Shown piece by piece: positions 55,781 through 64,000 of a DNA stretch of 64,000 nucleotides. Origin of the DNA: an uncultured Candidatus Saccharibacteria bacterium (GTDB lineage: Bacteria; Patescibacteriota; Minisyncoccia; Phycocordibacterales; UBA9973); contig CAYXTA010000003.1 of NCBI GenBank assembly GCA_964468315.1, positions 19,000 to 82,999 of the forward strand. Direction: 5' to 3'. The notes under the pieces were generated by a model, which saw only the letters and a program-made list of their open reading frames with translations, was not told the origin of the DNA and did not search any database. The translations under genes were made by a program, and so were the position numbers. How positions within the stretch are numbered: the first letter of the stretch is position 1; each line of letters starts with the position of its first letter.

Positions 55781-55872
55781 AACTCATTTTTATTTTTGAC
55801 ATTTTTTTTGTTTAGGTGTATAAATGTATTGAAAAATAATTCTTTTATAAACCTTCTAAAAATGAAAAACCT

Positions 55873-56379
55873 ATGGGAAATTTCACCGGAACAATGAATC
55901 CTGTTGCAGACAATTTATTACTTAAAAGAACTCCTGATTTTGAACCTAAAAAACTAATTGATTTTGTTGAAAACAGGAATCAAAGACATGTAATTTTACC
56001 TAAAAAAAGGTTACGTAATAATATTTTAAAAAACCATGTAGACGCAAGGTTTAAAAAAAATTACGTTGATCAATCCACAAATGAAAAAACACGAAAAATC
56101 ATTTTAGAATCTGAAGAACTTGCTGAAAAGAAAAGTTACAAGTTTTTAAAAGAAATGAATAAGTGTTTTGATCAGTTATCAAAAAATGAGATTTTAGAAA
56201 TAACATCTCAAATCAAACTCCTTACCTCTAATAATTGGACTTATTTTTGTTACAAAAAAGACTTTATTTCTATTGCTCCTAAAAATAGAAAGATATATCT
56301 TCGTTCAAAGAAAAGAGAAATGGGTCCTGGTTCTCGTGTTTTTATAATTAAAGATATCGGTAAAAAGAAATTAAAATAA
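55873..56379 (+). CDS. basic hypothetical protein (168 aa)
   Basis: ORF only. Confidence 0.45.
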   Translation: MGNFTGTMNPVADNLLLKRTPDFEPKKLIDFVENRNQRHVILPKKRLRNNILKNHVDARFKKNYVDQSTNEKTRKIILESEELAEKKSYKFLKEMNKCFDQLSKNEILEITSQIKLLTSNNWTYFCYKKDFISIAPKNRKIYLRSKKREMGPGSRVFIIKDIGKKKLK

Positions 56380-56383
56380 ACTA

Positions 56384-56414
56384 AAAAGACCCTAAAAATA
56401 AAGGGTCTTTTTTA
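56384..56414 (+). terminator. terminator (gaccct-aaaaataa-agggtc + T6)
   Basis: read directly. Confidence 0.55.
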
Positions 56415-56415
56415 T

Positions 56416-56444
56416 TTGACATAGTCATTTTGATATGCTAATAT
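56416..56444 (+). promoter_or_regulatory. promoter TTGACA-17-TAATAT
   Basis: consensus-like hexamers. Confidence 0.55.
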
Positions 56445-56489
56445 ATATACGAAATAGTTATTTAATATAAACCATAAAACAAAAGACTT

Positions 56490-56960
56490 ATGAACATTAC
56501 GACTGCCGAAGTAAAAGAAAAAACATTTACAAAAGAAAATGGAATATGGACAATCCATCCGTACCAAAAACAATCAGAAATAATTAAGAGTTACAAAGAA
56601 TTAAAGGTTTTTGAAACAAAAGGTAATTTCTCAAAAGATTTTGTAGTGAATTCCAGTTACATTGGAATGAGCCCAATTTCCTTTGAAGAAACGAAAACAA
56701 GATCTCTTGTTTCTAAAAAAATAATTGAACGGCTTTATAATTTTGGATTTTATCCAGAAATTGAAATCGTAAAAATTGTAAATCATATTTTTATTAAAGG
56801 TGAAAGTAACATGTCATATTATTTTCGTTACCAAAGTTGTTTGTTTGGTTTATTAAAAACCAATCAAACAAACCGTAATTTTTTAAGAAAAGAAGAAATT
56901 ACAAAAAAGACTATCGTTCCGGATGGTGGAATTATTTTGGATTTAGTAAACAAAAATTAA
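56490..56960 (+). CDS. hypothetical protein (156 aa)
   Basis: ORF only. Confidence 0.45.
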   Translation: MNITTAEVKEKTFTKENGIWTIHPYQKQSEIIKSYKELKVFETKGNFSKDFVVNSSYIGMSPISFEETKTRSLVSKKIIERLYNFGFYPEIEIVKIVNHIFIKGESNMSYYFRYQSCLFGLLKTNQTNRNFLRKEEITKKTIVPDGGIILDLVNKN

Positions 56961-56965
56961 AAACA

Positions 56966-57100
56966 ATGGAAAATAATCAATTGTCTACTAAAGAAAAATC
57001 AAAAGAAATAAAACCGAAATTGATAACAGATTTGTATAATTTGGCTAATCAGCTAAATGAAACAAAGAAGATAACCAAAGTTTGTTTTGATTGGAATTAA
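56966..57100 (+). CDS. possible small protein (44 aa)
   Basis: MENNQLSTKEKSKEIKPKLITDLYNLANQLNETKKITKVCFDWN; followed by a terminator. Confidence 0.3.
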   Translation: MENNQLSTKEKSKEIKPKLITDLYNLANQLNETKKITKVCFDWN

Positions 57101-57110
57101 TGTTCAAGTG

Positions 57111-57142
57111 AAAAGCCCCACACATTTAGTGGGGCTTTTTTA
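57111..57142 (+). terminator. terminator (gcccc-acacatttagt-ggggc + T6)
   Basis: read directly. Confidence 0.6.
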
Positions 57143-57159
57143 TTTACCTTAAGTAGAAT

Positions 57160-57187
57160 TTGACTTTATTTTGTATTTTGCTATTAT
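57160..57187 (+). promoter_or_regulatory. promoter TTGACT-16-TATTAT restarting the S10-spc operon at rpsS
   Basis: lies inside the ORF-track N-terminal extension of rpsS, which supports the internal ATG start. Confidence 0.55.
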
Positions 57188-57227
57188 GTATCTGAGCTCA
57201 GAAGGGCTCGTTTTATTATTATTTTTT

Positions 57228-57572
57228 ATGACAAGATCACTCAAAAAAGGAATATTCGTAGATGAAAAGCTTCTTGCAAAGATTGCAGGCAAGAGTCCTT
57301 TGCAGACTCCAATGATCAAGACTTGGAAAAGAGCTTCAACTATCTCACCAGAAATGGTTGGTTTCACTTTTGGTGTTCATAATGGTAAAACACACGTAGA
57401 AGTCCTTGTTACAGAAGATATGGTTGGCCATAGACTTGGTGAATTCTCTCCTACAAAGAAATTCAACAAACACGGAGGTAAAATGCAGAAAGAATTAGAG
57501 CAAAAGAAGAAAGAAACTGAAATAGCTCAAGCTAAATCAGCAAATGCTGCTGCTGATGCGAAAAAGAAATAA
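57228..57572 (+). CDS. rpsS: 30S ribosomal protein S19 with Lys/Ala-rich C-terminal tail
   Basis: [16 protein letters not shown]...GHRLGEF; start at ATG 57228. Confidence 0.93.
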   Translation: MTRSLKKGIFVDEKLLAKIAGKSPLQTPMIKTWKRASTISPEMVGFTFGVHNGKTHVEVLVTEDMVGHRLGEFSPTKKFNKHGGKMQKELEQKKKETEIAQAKSANAAADAKKK

Positions 57573-57590
57573 TTTTAAATATAAACTACA

Positions 57591-58058
57591 ATGAAAGCAT
57601 TTTTAAAAAACTACAGACAATCACCACGTAAAGTTCGCCTCGTTGCGAATCTAATCAAAGGTAAAAGTGTTCCTCAAGCTATAGTAGAGCTTGATTATTT
57701 GGCGAAACGCGCAGGCGAGCCAATAGCAAAACTTTTAATGTCTGCTGTTTCAAATGCAAAAACAAATTTTAATATTGAAAAAGAAGATTTGATGGTTAAA
57801 GAACTCCGCGTAGACAAAGGTATTGTTATGAAAAGAATGATGCCAGCTGCGATGGGTACTGGTCACCGTATAAACAAGCGTACAAGTCACATCACAATAC
57901 TTCTATCAGAAAAGGGTGCAATGAAAGACAAGTCTGAAAACGAAAAGAATAATAAGGCAAATAAATCAAAGAATACAGAAGAAAAGAAAGAAGTAAAAGA
58001 AAAAACAGTTAAAAAAGCTCCCGCAAAAAAGGCCGTAGCTAAAAAAGCAAAAAAATAA
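57591..58058 (+). CDS. rplV: 50S ribosomal protein L22 with about 45-aa Lys-rich C-terminal extension
   Basis: core matches L22; tail KKAPAKKAVAKKAKK. Confidence 0.93.
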   Translation: MKAFLKNYRQSPRKVRLVANLIKGKSVPQAIVELDYLAKRAGEPIAKLLMSAVSNAKTNFNIEKEDLMVKELRVDKGIVMKRMMPAAMGTGHRINKRTSHITILLSEKGAMKDKSENEKNNKANKSKNTEEKKEVKEKTVKKAPAKKAVAKKAKK

Positions 58059-58062
58059 TTTT

Positions 58063-58740
58063 ATGTCAAAAATAGTACACCCATATGCACATAGATTGAT
58101 AATCCTCCGAGACTGGAAATCTCGCTGGTTTGCTGATGACAAAAAATATGTAGAATTCCTAAAAGGGGATGTACTTTTGCGTGAATTCTTAGAAAAGAAA
58201 CTTCGTGGTTTTTATGTTTCTTCTATCGAAATAGAAAGAAGTCAAAAATCTACACGTTTCATAATCCGTACATCACGCCCAGGTCTTATTATCGGCCGTA
58301 CAGGTGAAGGTGCAGTAAAGCTAAAAGCTGAAATAGTAAAGAAAATGCAAAAGCTAAATCTTACTAAATCAGAAGAATTGAAACTCGATATAGTAGAAAT
58401 ACCAAACCCAGAAGCTGATGCTGCTATCGTTGCTTATATGATCGCTGAGGGTATGGAAAAGAGAATGCCTTACCGTCGTGTTATCAAACAAGTTATAGAA
58501 AAAGTTATGGGTACAAGAGGAGTAGAAGGAGCACGTGTTGTTCTTTCAGGTAGACTCGGTGGTGCTGAAATCGCTCGTACAGAAGAACTCAAGAAAGGTT
58601 CAATTCCACTTCAAACTTTCCGTGCAGATATCGATTTCAAGAGAGAAAAAGCACATTTACCATACGGAGATGTCGGTATAAAAGTTTGGATTTACCGTGG
58701 AGAAATTTTTAATGATAAAAAGAAAGTAGAAGTTAAATAA
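58063..58740 (+). CDS. rpsC: 30S ribosomal protein S3
   Basis: KH + S3-C domains. Confidence 0.96.
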   Translation: MSKIVHPYAHRLIILRDWKSRWFADDKKYVEFLKGDVLLREFLEKKLRGFYVSSIEIERSQKSTRFIIRTSRPGLIIGRTGEGAVKLKAEIVKKMQKLNLTKSEELKLDIVEIPNPEADAAIVAYMIAEGMEKRMPYRRVIKQVIEKVMGTRGVEGARVVLSGRLGGAEIARTEELKKGSIPLQTFRADIDFKREKAHLPYGDVGIKVWIYRGEIFNDKKKVEVK

Positions 58741-58750
58741 TTTTAAATAT

Positions 58751-59179
58751 ATGTTAGTACCAAAAAAAGTAAAATTTAGAAAGTGGCATACAATGCGCCT
58801 AAACCCAAAGGCGATGACTTCTGATACGCGTGGCACAAAGCTTGCTTTCGGATCTTTTGGTTTGAAATCAGAAACTCAAGGAAGAGTAAAATCAAATCAA
58901 ATCGAATCTGCTCGTAAAGCAATGACTCGTACACTTACTAAAGCTGGAAAATCATGGATTCGTATTTTCCCAGACAGACCTTTCACTGCAAAAGCTGCAG
59001 AAGTAGGTATGGGAAAGGGAAAAGGTGATCCACAAGGTTATTTCTTTGAAGTTTTCCCTGGACGTATTATATTTGAAGTAGATGGAGTAGATGAAAAAAT
59101 AGCCCGTGAAGCACTTCGTAAAGCAGGTACAAAGCTTCCTTTAAAAACAAGAATTATTTCAAGAGTTCACAAAAAATAA
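58751..59179 (+). CDS. rplP: 50S ribosomal protein L16
   Basis: canonical. Confidence 0.96.
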   Translation: MLVPKKVKFRKWHTMRLNPKAMTSDTRGTKLAFGSFGLKSETQGRVKSNQIESARKAMTRTLTKAGKSWIRIFPDRPFTAKAAEVGMGKGKGDPQGYFFEVFPGRIIFEVDGVDEKIAREALRKAGTKLPLKTRIISRVHKK

Positions 59180-59185
59180 AATTTT

Positions 59186-59383
59186 ATGGCAAAAAAGAAA
59201 GAAAATTTAAAAGAAATGAGTGTAGCAGATTTGAACAAAAGTGTATCTGCATTACATGAAGAGCTCCGTACTATACGCTTCAAAGCACAAGGTACAAAAG
59301 CAAAGAATGTAAAACATGAAGCTACAACAAAGAAACAAATCGCTCGTCTTATGACAGAGATAACTGCAAAAAGTAAAAAATAA
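59186..59383 (+). CDS. rpmC: 50S ribosomal protein L29
   Basis: canonical. Confidence 0.9.
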   Translation: MAKKKENLKEMSVADLNKSVSALHEELRTIRFKAQGTKAKNVKHEATTKKQIARLMTEITAKSKK

Positions 59384-59402
59384 TTTTAAATTATAAAGTA
59401 TT

Positions 59403-59663
59403 ATGAAAACAACAAAAAACACAAAAGAAAAAGTAGAGAACGGCAAATCCTTACAAGGGGTGGTTGTTTCTGATAAGATGGACAAGACTGTTGTTGTTTC
59501 TGTTTCACGTTTCGTTAAACACCCAAAATATGGAAAATTCTACAAAGTAAGTAAGAAATACAAAGCACATGATGCAGAAAATGCATTTCATACTGGAGAC
59601 AAAGTAGAAATAATAGAAACAAGACCAATATCAAAAGATAAGAAGTTTAAAGTCGTTAAGTAA
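59403..59663 (+). CDS. rpsQ: 30S ribosomal protein S17
   Basis: canonical. Confidence 0.93.
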   Translation: MKTTKNTKEKVENGKSLQGVVVSDKMDKTVVVSVSRFVKHPKYGKFYKVSKKYKAHDAENAFHTGDKVEIIETRPISKDKKFKVVK

Positions 59664-59685
59664 TATATCGAAGTAAAATAATTTT

Positions 59686-60057
59686 ATGATACAAACAGAA
59701 ACATTAGTAAAAATAACAGATAACGGAGGAGGAACAGTTGGAAAAGTTTTCAAGGTTCTTGGCTCTGCACACAAAAGATACGCACGTCTCGGTGAGATCG
59801 TTATTATTTCTGTGAAAGTAGCAACACCAAGAAAGGCTATAAAGAAGAAAGACGTTCACCAAGCTGTAGTTGTCCGTACTCGTAGTGCTTTCCGTAGAAA
59901 AGATGGTTCATATATTCGCTTTGATGATAACGCTGTTGTTATATTAGAAAAAGGAAAGAAAGATCCAAAAGCAGGACGTGTTTTCGGACCAATACCAAGA
60001 GAGCTTGCTGAGAAAGGTTTCCAAAAGATTATTTCTCTAGCACCGGAAGTTATATAA
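59686..60057 (+). CDS. rplN: 50S ribosomal protein L14
   Basis: canonical. Confidence 0.96.
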   Translation: MIQTETLVKITDNGGGTVGKVFKVLGSAHKRYARLGEIVIISVKVATPRKAIKKKDVHQAVVVRTRSAFRRKDGSYIRFDDNAVVILEKGKKDPKAGRVFGPIPRELAEKGFQKIISLAPEVI

Positions 60058-60075
60058 TATTTTAAATACAAAGAT

Positions 60076-60381
60076 ATGAAATTAAAAAAAGGAGACAATG
60101 TAATAGTTATCGCAGGAAAAGACAAAGGCAAGAAAGGTAAAATTGCTCGTGTTTTGACTGCAGAAAATCGTGTAGTTGTTGAAGGTATCAACATGATGAA
60201 GAAACATCAACGTCCACGAAAGTCTGGAGAAAAAGGACAAGTTATTTCTATTGCATCACCTATCAATGCTTCAAATGTAATGTTTTCTGATCCAAAAAGT
60301 GGAAAGCCTACAAAGATCGGTAAGAAAAAAGTAGGGGACAAGATTGTCCGCATTGCAAAAAAGAGTGGTCAAGAAATTTAA
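60076..60381 (+). CDS. rplX: 50S ribosomal protein L24
   Basis: KOW motif. Confidence 0.93.
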   Translation: MKLKKGDNVIVIAGKDKGKKGKIARVLTAENRVVVEGINMMKKHQRPRKSGEKGQVISIASPINASNVMFSDPKSGKPTKIGKKKVGDKIVRIAKKSGQEI

Positions 60382-60399
60382 TTTTTTAAATAAATATAT

Positions 60400-60969
60400 A
60401 TGAAACACATAACTGTAAAAGAAAAAGACGCTATGGCATTCGAAAAGATGAAAGGTCTTTTTGGCTACAAAAACAAAATGGCTGCTCCAAGACTTCAAAA
60501 AGTTGTTATCAATGTTGGTACTGGTACAGGTATCAAGAAAGATAAGAATCGCAATGAATTCATCTCTGGAAGATTAGAAAAAATCACAGGACAAAAAGCA
60601 GCACTCCGTGGCGCAAAGAAATCTATCGCATCTTTCAAAGTTCGCCAAGGTGACCCTATTGGTGTTATGACTACTCTGCGTGGAAAGAGAATGTTTGCTT
60701 TCGTTGAAAAGCTTATTAATGTTACTCTTCCTCGTACAAAAGACTTCCGTGGTATTTCTCGTAGAGTTGTGGATGATATCGGAAATATGACTATCGGCGT
60801 CAAAGAACACACAATATTTCCTGAAACAGCTGATGAAGATATAAAAGACGTTTTCGGTTTCGCTATCACTATCGTTTCTTCTGCTAAAACTAAAAAAGAA
60901 GGTACTGCATTCTTCGAACTCTTAGGTATTCCATTCAAGACTGAAGAAGATAGTAAAAAGAAGAAATAA
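60400..60969 (+). CDS. rplE: 50S ribosomal protein L5
   Basis: canonical. Confidence 0.96.
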   Translation: MKHITVKEKDAMAFEKMKGLFGYKNKMAAPRLQKVVINVGTGTGIKKDKNRNEFISGRLEKITGQKAALRGAKKSIASFKVRQGDPIGVMTTLRGKRMFAFVEKLINVTLPRTKDFRGISRRVVDDIGNMTIGVKEHTIFPETADEDIKDVFGFAITIVSSAKTKKEGTAFFELLGIPFKTEEDSKKKK

Positions 60970-60984
60970 AAAACTTTAAACTTA

Positions 60985-61016
60985 AAAAACACTCTTAGAA
61001 ATAAGGGTGTTTTTTA
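60985..61016 (+). terminator. terminator (cactctt-agaaat-aagggtg + T6)
   Basis: read directly. Confidence 0.55.
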
Positions 61017-61017
61017 T

Positions 61018-61046
61018 TTGACAATTTTTTATCTATATGATATATT
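61018..61046 (+). promoter_or_regulatory. promoter TTGACA-17-TATATT
   Basis: read directly. Confidence 0.55.
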
Positions 61047-61077
61047 GTATTCAAATAAACCTTAAAAAATTATAGCT

Positions 61078-61782
61078 ATGTTAGTAGAAAAAAGTACCTT
61101 ATTTGTGATTGCCTCAGTGGTATTATTTACCATTTATTGTCTTATTGTTTTTTTAATAAAAAAAGCAAGAAGATTAAAATTGTTCCGAATTGCCATTGAA
61201 AATGGCGTTAATGCTGATGTAAGAAATATCTTTGATCAGCTGGCTGTTGCTTCTGCAAAATTGAATGACCGGGAGTATAAATCACTTTTTAAATGTTTTG
61301 GTAGTATTTACGCAAAATCACTTACAGAATCATTGCAAGACTCTTCAATATTGATTGCTACACGATTAAGTTTCTTGAATAACTTTTTAAGTTATTACCC
61401 AAGAACTTTTATTTCACCCTTTGTTTGTTTAAAATTTGCAGAAGAGCTTCAAAATGATTCAAATAGTCGTTTGTTAGATTTACAAACTCTACATACGATA
61501 ATAAATCGTTTTGCTAATAATCCTGAAGAGAGTAATGAACATGATTATCGTAACGTAAGAGATTTATACATTGTTGTTTTTAATAAAGTCATCAATAAAA
61601 AACTTGAGGATATTTCTTTTAAAGACACGGAATCTTTTCTCTCTATTTTTAATAATTTCTTTTATATTAGTAAAGAAAATGAAATTCTTGCTGAGAATAT
61701 TCGTCAAAAAGCCAAAGAAGTACTTTATTTACGTGTAACCTCACTTGAGATTGAATTATTAAAAGAAAAAAAGGTTAGCTAG
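61078..61782 (+). CDS. membrane-anchored hypothetical protein (234 aa) inserted between rplE and the S14 gene
   Basis: N-terminal TM LFVIASVVLFTIYCLIVFLI; no recognisable domain. Confidence 0.5.
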   Translation: MLVEKSTLFVIASVVLFTIYCLIVFLIKKARRLKLFRIAIENGVNADVRNIFDQLAVASAKLNDREYKSLFKCFGSIYAKSLTESLQDSSILIATRLSFLNNFLSYYPRTFISPFVCLKFAEELQNDSNSRLLDLQTLHTIINRFANNPEESNEHDYRNVRDLYIVVFNKVINKKLEDISFKDTESFLSIFNNFFYISKENEILAENIRQKAKEVLYLRVTSLEIELLKEKKVS

Positions 61783-61803
61783 CTCAAAACACAGACACAT
61801 CTT

Positions 61804-61838
61804 AAAACCCCGCCACAAAAATGTAGCGGGGTTTTTAT
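61804..61838 (+). terminator. terminator (ccccgc-cacaaaaatgta-gcgggg + T5)
   Basis: read directly. Confidence 0.6.
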
Positions 61839-61867
61839 TTGACTATTTTTAGAGCTTCTGCTAGTAT
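61839..61867 (+). promoter_or_regulatory. promoter TTGACT-17-TAGTAT restarting the spc operon
   Basis: read directly. Confidence 0.5.
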
Positions 61868-61973
61868 AGAGGAGTTCCTCATTTAGGTTGATCTGTATTT
61901 CTCCTTAAGGCTTTTTAAAAGGTTTTAAGAAAAAATACAAGATATCACTTAGAAAAAGGACGATATTTTAATT

Positions 61974-62159
61974 ATGGCAAAAACATCAGTCGTCGCGAGA
62001 GCGGCAAAAAAGCAAAAGTTTTCTACACGGGTTAAAAACCGATGTTTTCGTTGTGGTCGTGGAAACGGTTTTATGAGAGATTTCGGTATTTGCCGTATCT
62101 GTTTCAGAGAACTAGCAAACGAAGGTATGCTTCCAGGTATCCGCAAGTCATCTTGGTAA
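61974..62159 (+). CDS. rpsZ: 30S ribosomal protein S14 type Z (zinc-binding)
   Basis: 61 aa; CFRCGR...CRICFRE. Confidence 0.95.
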   Translation: MAKTSVVARAAKKQKFSTRVKNRCFRCGRGNGFMRDFGICRICFRELANEGMLPGIRKSSW

Positions 62160-62174
62160 TATTTAAATAAATTT

Positions 62175-62561
62175 ATGGATCAAATCGCAAACATGATAAT
62201 AATGATGAAGAATGCAAGTTTGGCAAAGCGCCCAACGACTGTATTTCCTCATTCAAAAATGAAACAAGCTATTTTGGAATGTCTTAAGAAAGAGGGATAC
62301 ATCGTAGGATTTTCAAAGAAATCAAGAAAAGGTTTCCCAGTGCTCGAAGTAGAGCTTTTATATGTTGACGGAAAGGCAAAAATCACAGACGTAGACAGAG
62401 TTTCAAAACAATCACGCCGTACATACTTTGGAGTAAAAGATATCAGACCAGTAAGAAATGGTTTCGGTTCTGTAATTCTTTCAACTCCAAAAGGAATAAT
62501 GTCTGGAAAAGAAGCAAAGAAAGAAATGGTCGGAGGTGAAGCATTGTTTAAAATTTGGTAA
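62175..62561 (+). CDS. rpsH: 30S ribosomal protein S8
   Basis: canonical. Confidence 0.95.
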   Translation: MDQIANMIIMMKNASLAKRPTTVFPHSKMKQAILECLKKEGYIVGFSKKSRKGFPVLEVELLYVDGKAKITDVDRVSKQSRRTYFGVKDIRPVRNGFGSVILSTPKGIMSGKEAKKEMVGGEALFKIW

Positions 62562-62570
62562 TAAAATTAT

Positions 62571-63104
62571 ATGAGTAGAATTGGAAAACAAGAAATAATA
62601 ATACCAGCAGGAGTAGAAGTCACAAAGAATGGCCCTGTTTTGACAGTGAAAGGTTCAAAAGGAACTTTGACTAAGAACTTCCGTGACGATGTTACTATAA
62701 ACATTGCAGACAAAATGATCACTCTCTCTATACAAAGAAATGATAAATTTTCAAAATCACTTTGGGGTACTTATGCTTCTCATGTCAAAAATATGATAGC
62801 AGGAGTAGAAACTCCATATGCAAAGAAATTGATTCTTGAAGGAGTTGGTTTCAAATCAGAAGTAAAAGGAAAGGAACTTCACCTTGCACTCGGTTTTTCT
62901 CATCCAGTTATCGTAAAGATTCCAGAAAATCTTACAGTTACAGCAGAAAAGAACAATATTACAGTTACAGGTATCGACAAAGAAGTAGTTGGTAGTTTTA
63001 CAGCAGAACTTCGTTCAATGAAGAAACCAGAACCTTACAAGGGTAAAGGTTTCCGTTATGAAGATGAAGTTATTAGAAGAAAACAAGGTAAGAAAACAGC
63101 ATAA
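62571..63104 (+). CDS. rplF: 50S ribosomal protein L6
   Basis: canonical. Confidence 0.95.
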   Translation: MSRIGKQEIIIPAGVEVTKNGPVLTVKGSKGTLTKNFRDDVTINIADKMITLSIQRNDKFSKSLWGTYASHVKNMIAGVETPYAKKLILEGVGFKSEVKGKELHLALGFSHPVIVKIPENLTVTAEKNNITVTGIDKEVVGSFTAELRSMKKPEPYKGKGFRYEDEVIRRKQGKKTA

Positions 63105-63127
63105 TCCATTAAGATAACTTAAATTTT

Positions 63128-63469
63128 ATGATTAAAAAAACTGAAAAAAGAATACGTTTGAAAGCAAAGATCAGAGCTAAAATCTCAGGTACTAGAGAAC
63201 GCCCACGTCTTTCTATTTTTAGATCAAATAAATTTATCTATGCTCAAATCATAGACGACACTACAGCAAAGACTATAGTTTCTGCAAATGATGTTAAAAT
63301 GACAAAGGGTACAAAAACAGAACACGCAAAGCAAATCGGTGCAGATATAGCAAAACTTGCAATGGATAACAAAATTTCACAAGTTGTTTTTGATAGAAAT
63401 GGTTTTAAATACACAGGACGCATAAAAGTCGTAGCAGATAGTGCTCGTGAAGCTGGATTAAAGCTTTAA
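63128..63469 (+). CDS. rplR: 50S ribosomal protein L18
   Basis: canonical. Confidence 0.93.
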   Translation: MIKKTEKRIRLKAKIRAKISGTRERPRLSIFRSNKFIYAQIIDDTTAKTIVSANDVKMTKGTKTEHAKQIGADIAKLAMDNKISQVVFDRNGFKYTGRIKVVADSAREAGLKL

Positions 63470-63493
63470 TAAAATTTAGCTGAATAAAAAATT

Positions 63494-64000
63494 ATGGATA
63501 AAGATAATCAACAAAAAAATACTAACGACAATAGAGGAGGAGACAGAAGAGGAGGTCGCAGACCAGCTTCTTTCGACAGACCAAAGCCAGAATTCGATCA
63601 AAAGATCATCGACATCCGTCGTGTGACTCGTGTCGTAGCAGGAGGACGTAGATTCTCTTTCTCTGTTGCACTAGTAGCAGGAGACAAAAAAGGTTCTGTT
63701 GGTCTTGGTCTTGGTAAATCAGGAGATACTTCACTTGCTATCACAAAAGCTCTTCGCAATGCAAAGAAAAATATGATCAAGTTGAAACTTACAAAGAATA
63801 ATTCTATTCCTCATGAAGTTGATGCAAAATTCGCAAGTTCAAAAGTATTTATTTCTCCAAACCGTGGACGTGGACTTGTAGCGGGTTCTGCTCTCCGTGA
63901 TATATTGGTTTTAGCTGGAGTAAAAGATGTAACTGCAAAGATACACTCAGGTAGTAAAAATAAATTAAACAATGCAAAAGCTACAATCGAAGCATTATCA
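63494..64000 (+). CDS. rpsE: 30S ribosomal protein S5 (3'-truncated by window end)
   Basis: read by hand: MDKDNQQKNTNDNRGGDRRGG...IDIRRVTRVVAGGRRFSFSVALVAGD...; Arg/Gly-rich N-terminal extension. Confidence 0.9.
   Translation, partial: MDKDNQQKNTNDNRGGDRRGGRRPASFDRPKPEFDQKIIDIRRVTRVVAGGRRFSFSVALVAGDKKGSVGLGLGKSGDTSLAITKALRNAKKNMIKLKLTKNNSIPHEVDAKFASSKVFISPNRGRGLVAGSALRDILVLAGVKDVTAKIHSGSKNKLNNAKATIEALS

Noticed and set aside
57171-57227. N-terminal extension of rpsS from the ORF track
   Set aside because: Would overlap the TTGACT/TATTAT promoter; canonical S19 start MTRSLKKG is at 57228
1-64000. Alternative genetic code (UGA recoding as in SR1/Gracilibacteria or Mollicutes)
   Set aside because: PNPase, EF-G, EF-Tu, RecJ and all r-proteins are full-length in the standard code with no in-frame TGA

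Overview
AT-rich (about one-third GC by eye) compact bacterial chromosome segment, about 88% coding. Standard genetic code: long conserved genes are intact with no UGA recoding. The layout looks like a reduced-genome Patescibacteria/CPR-type lineage (inference, moderate confidence; RNase Y and HU fit). Almost every gene ends in a rho-independent hairpin fused directly to a TTGACA-type promoter (recurring motif T-run + TTTATTTGACA). Core content: pnp, rpsO, Xer recombinase, xth, CCA enzyme, four tRNAs, yraN, HU, RNase Y, ClpP, trigger factor, PPase, NusA, tpiA-pgk-gpm, recJ, rnhA, a split comEC flanking sodA, rpmB, and the str and S10-spc ribosomal operons running to the window edge (rpsE partial). 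Not ordinary: (1) three consecutive large secreted paralogs (27.0-32.8 kb) with a Trp-rich repeat module, Cys-flanked Asp-rich Ca-binding-like loops, a Gly-rich tail and a 386-bp perfect inter-paralog duplication, giving a candidate variable surface/host-attachment system; (2) the str and S10 operons are interrupted by accessory gene blocks (PNP, a stand-alone RNAP alpha-CTD-like protein, DgkA, membrane proteins and hypotheticals), which are marked by an identical 27-nt terminator and a shared 35-bp leader repeat; (3) tRNA-Arg is followed by an internally deleted tRNA-Arg minihelix copy; (4) tRNA-Gly(GCC) lacks an encoded CCA end and abuts the CCA-adding enzyme gene; (5) a fatty-acid desaturase and DgkA sit in an otherwise lipid-poor genome. 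No CRISPR, RM or toxin-antitoxin modules were seen.
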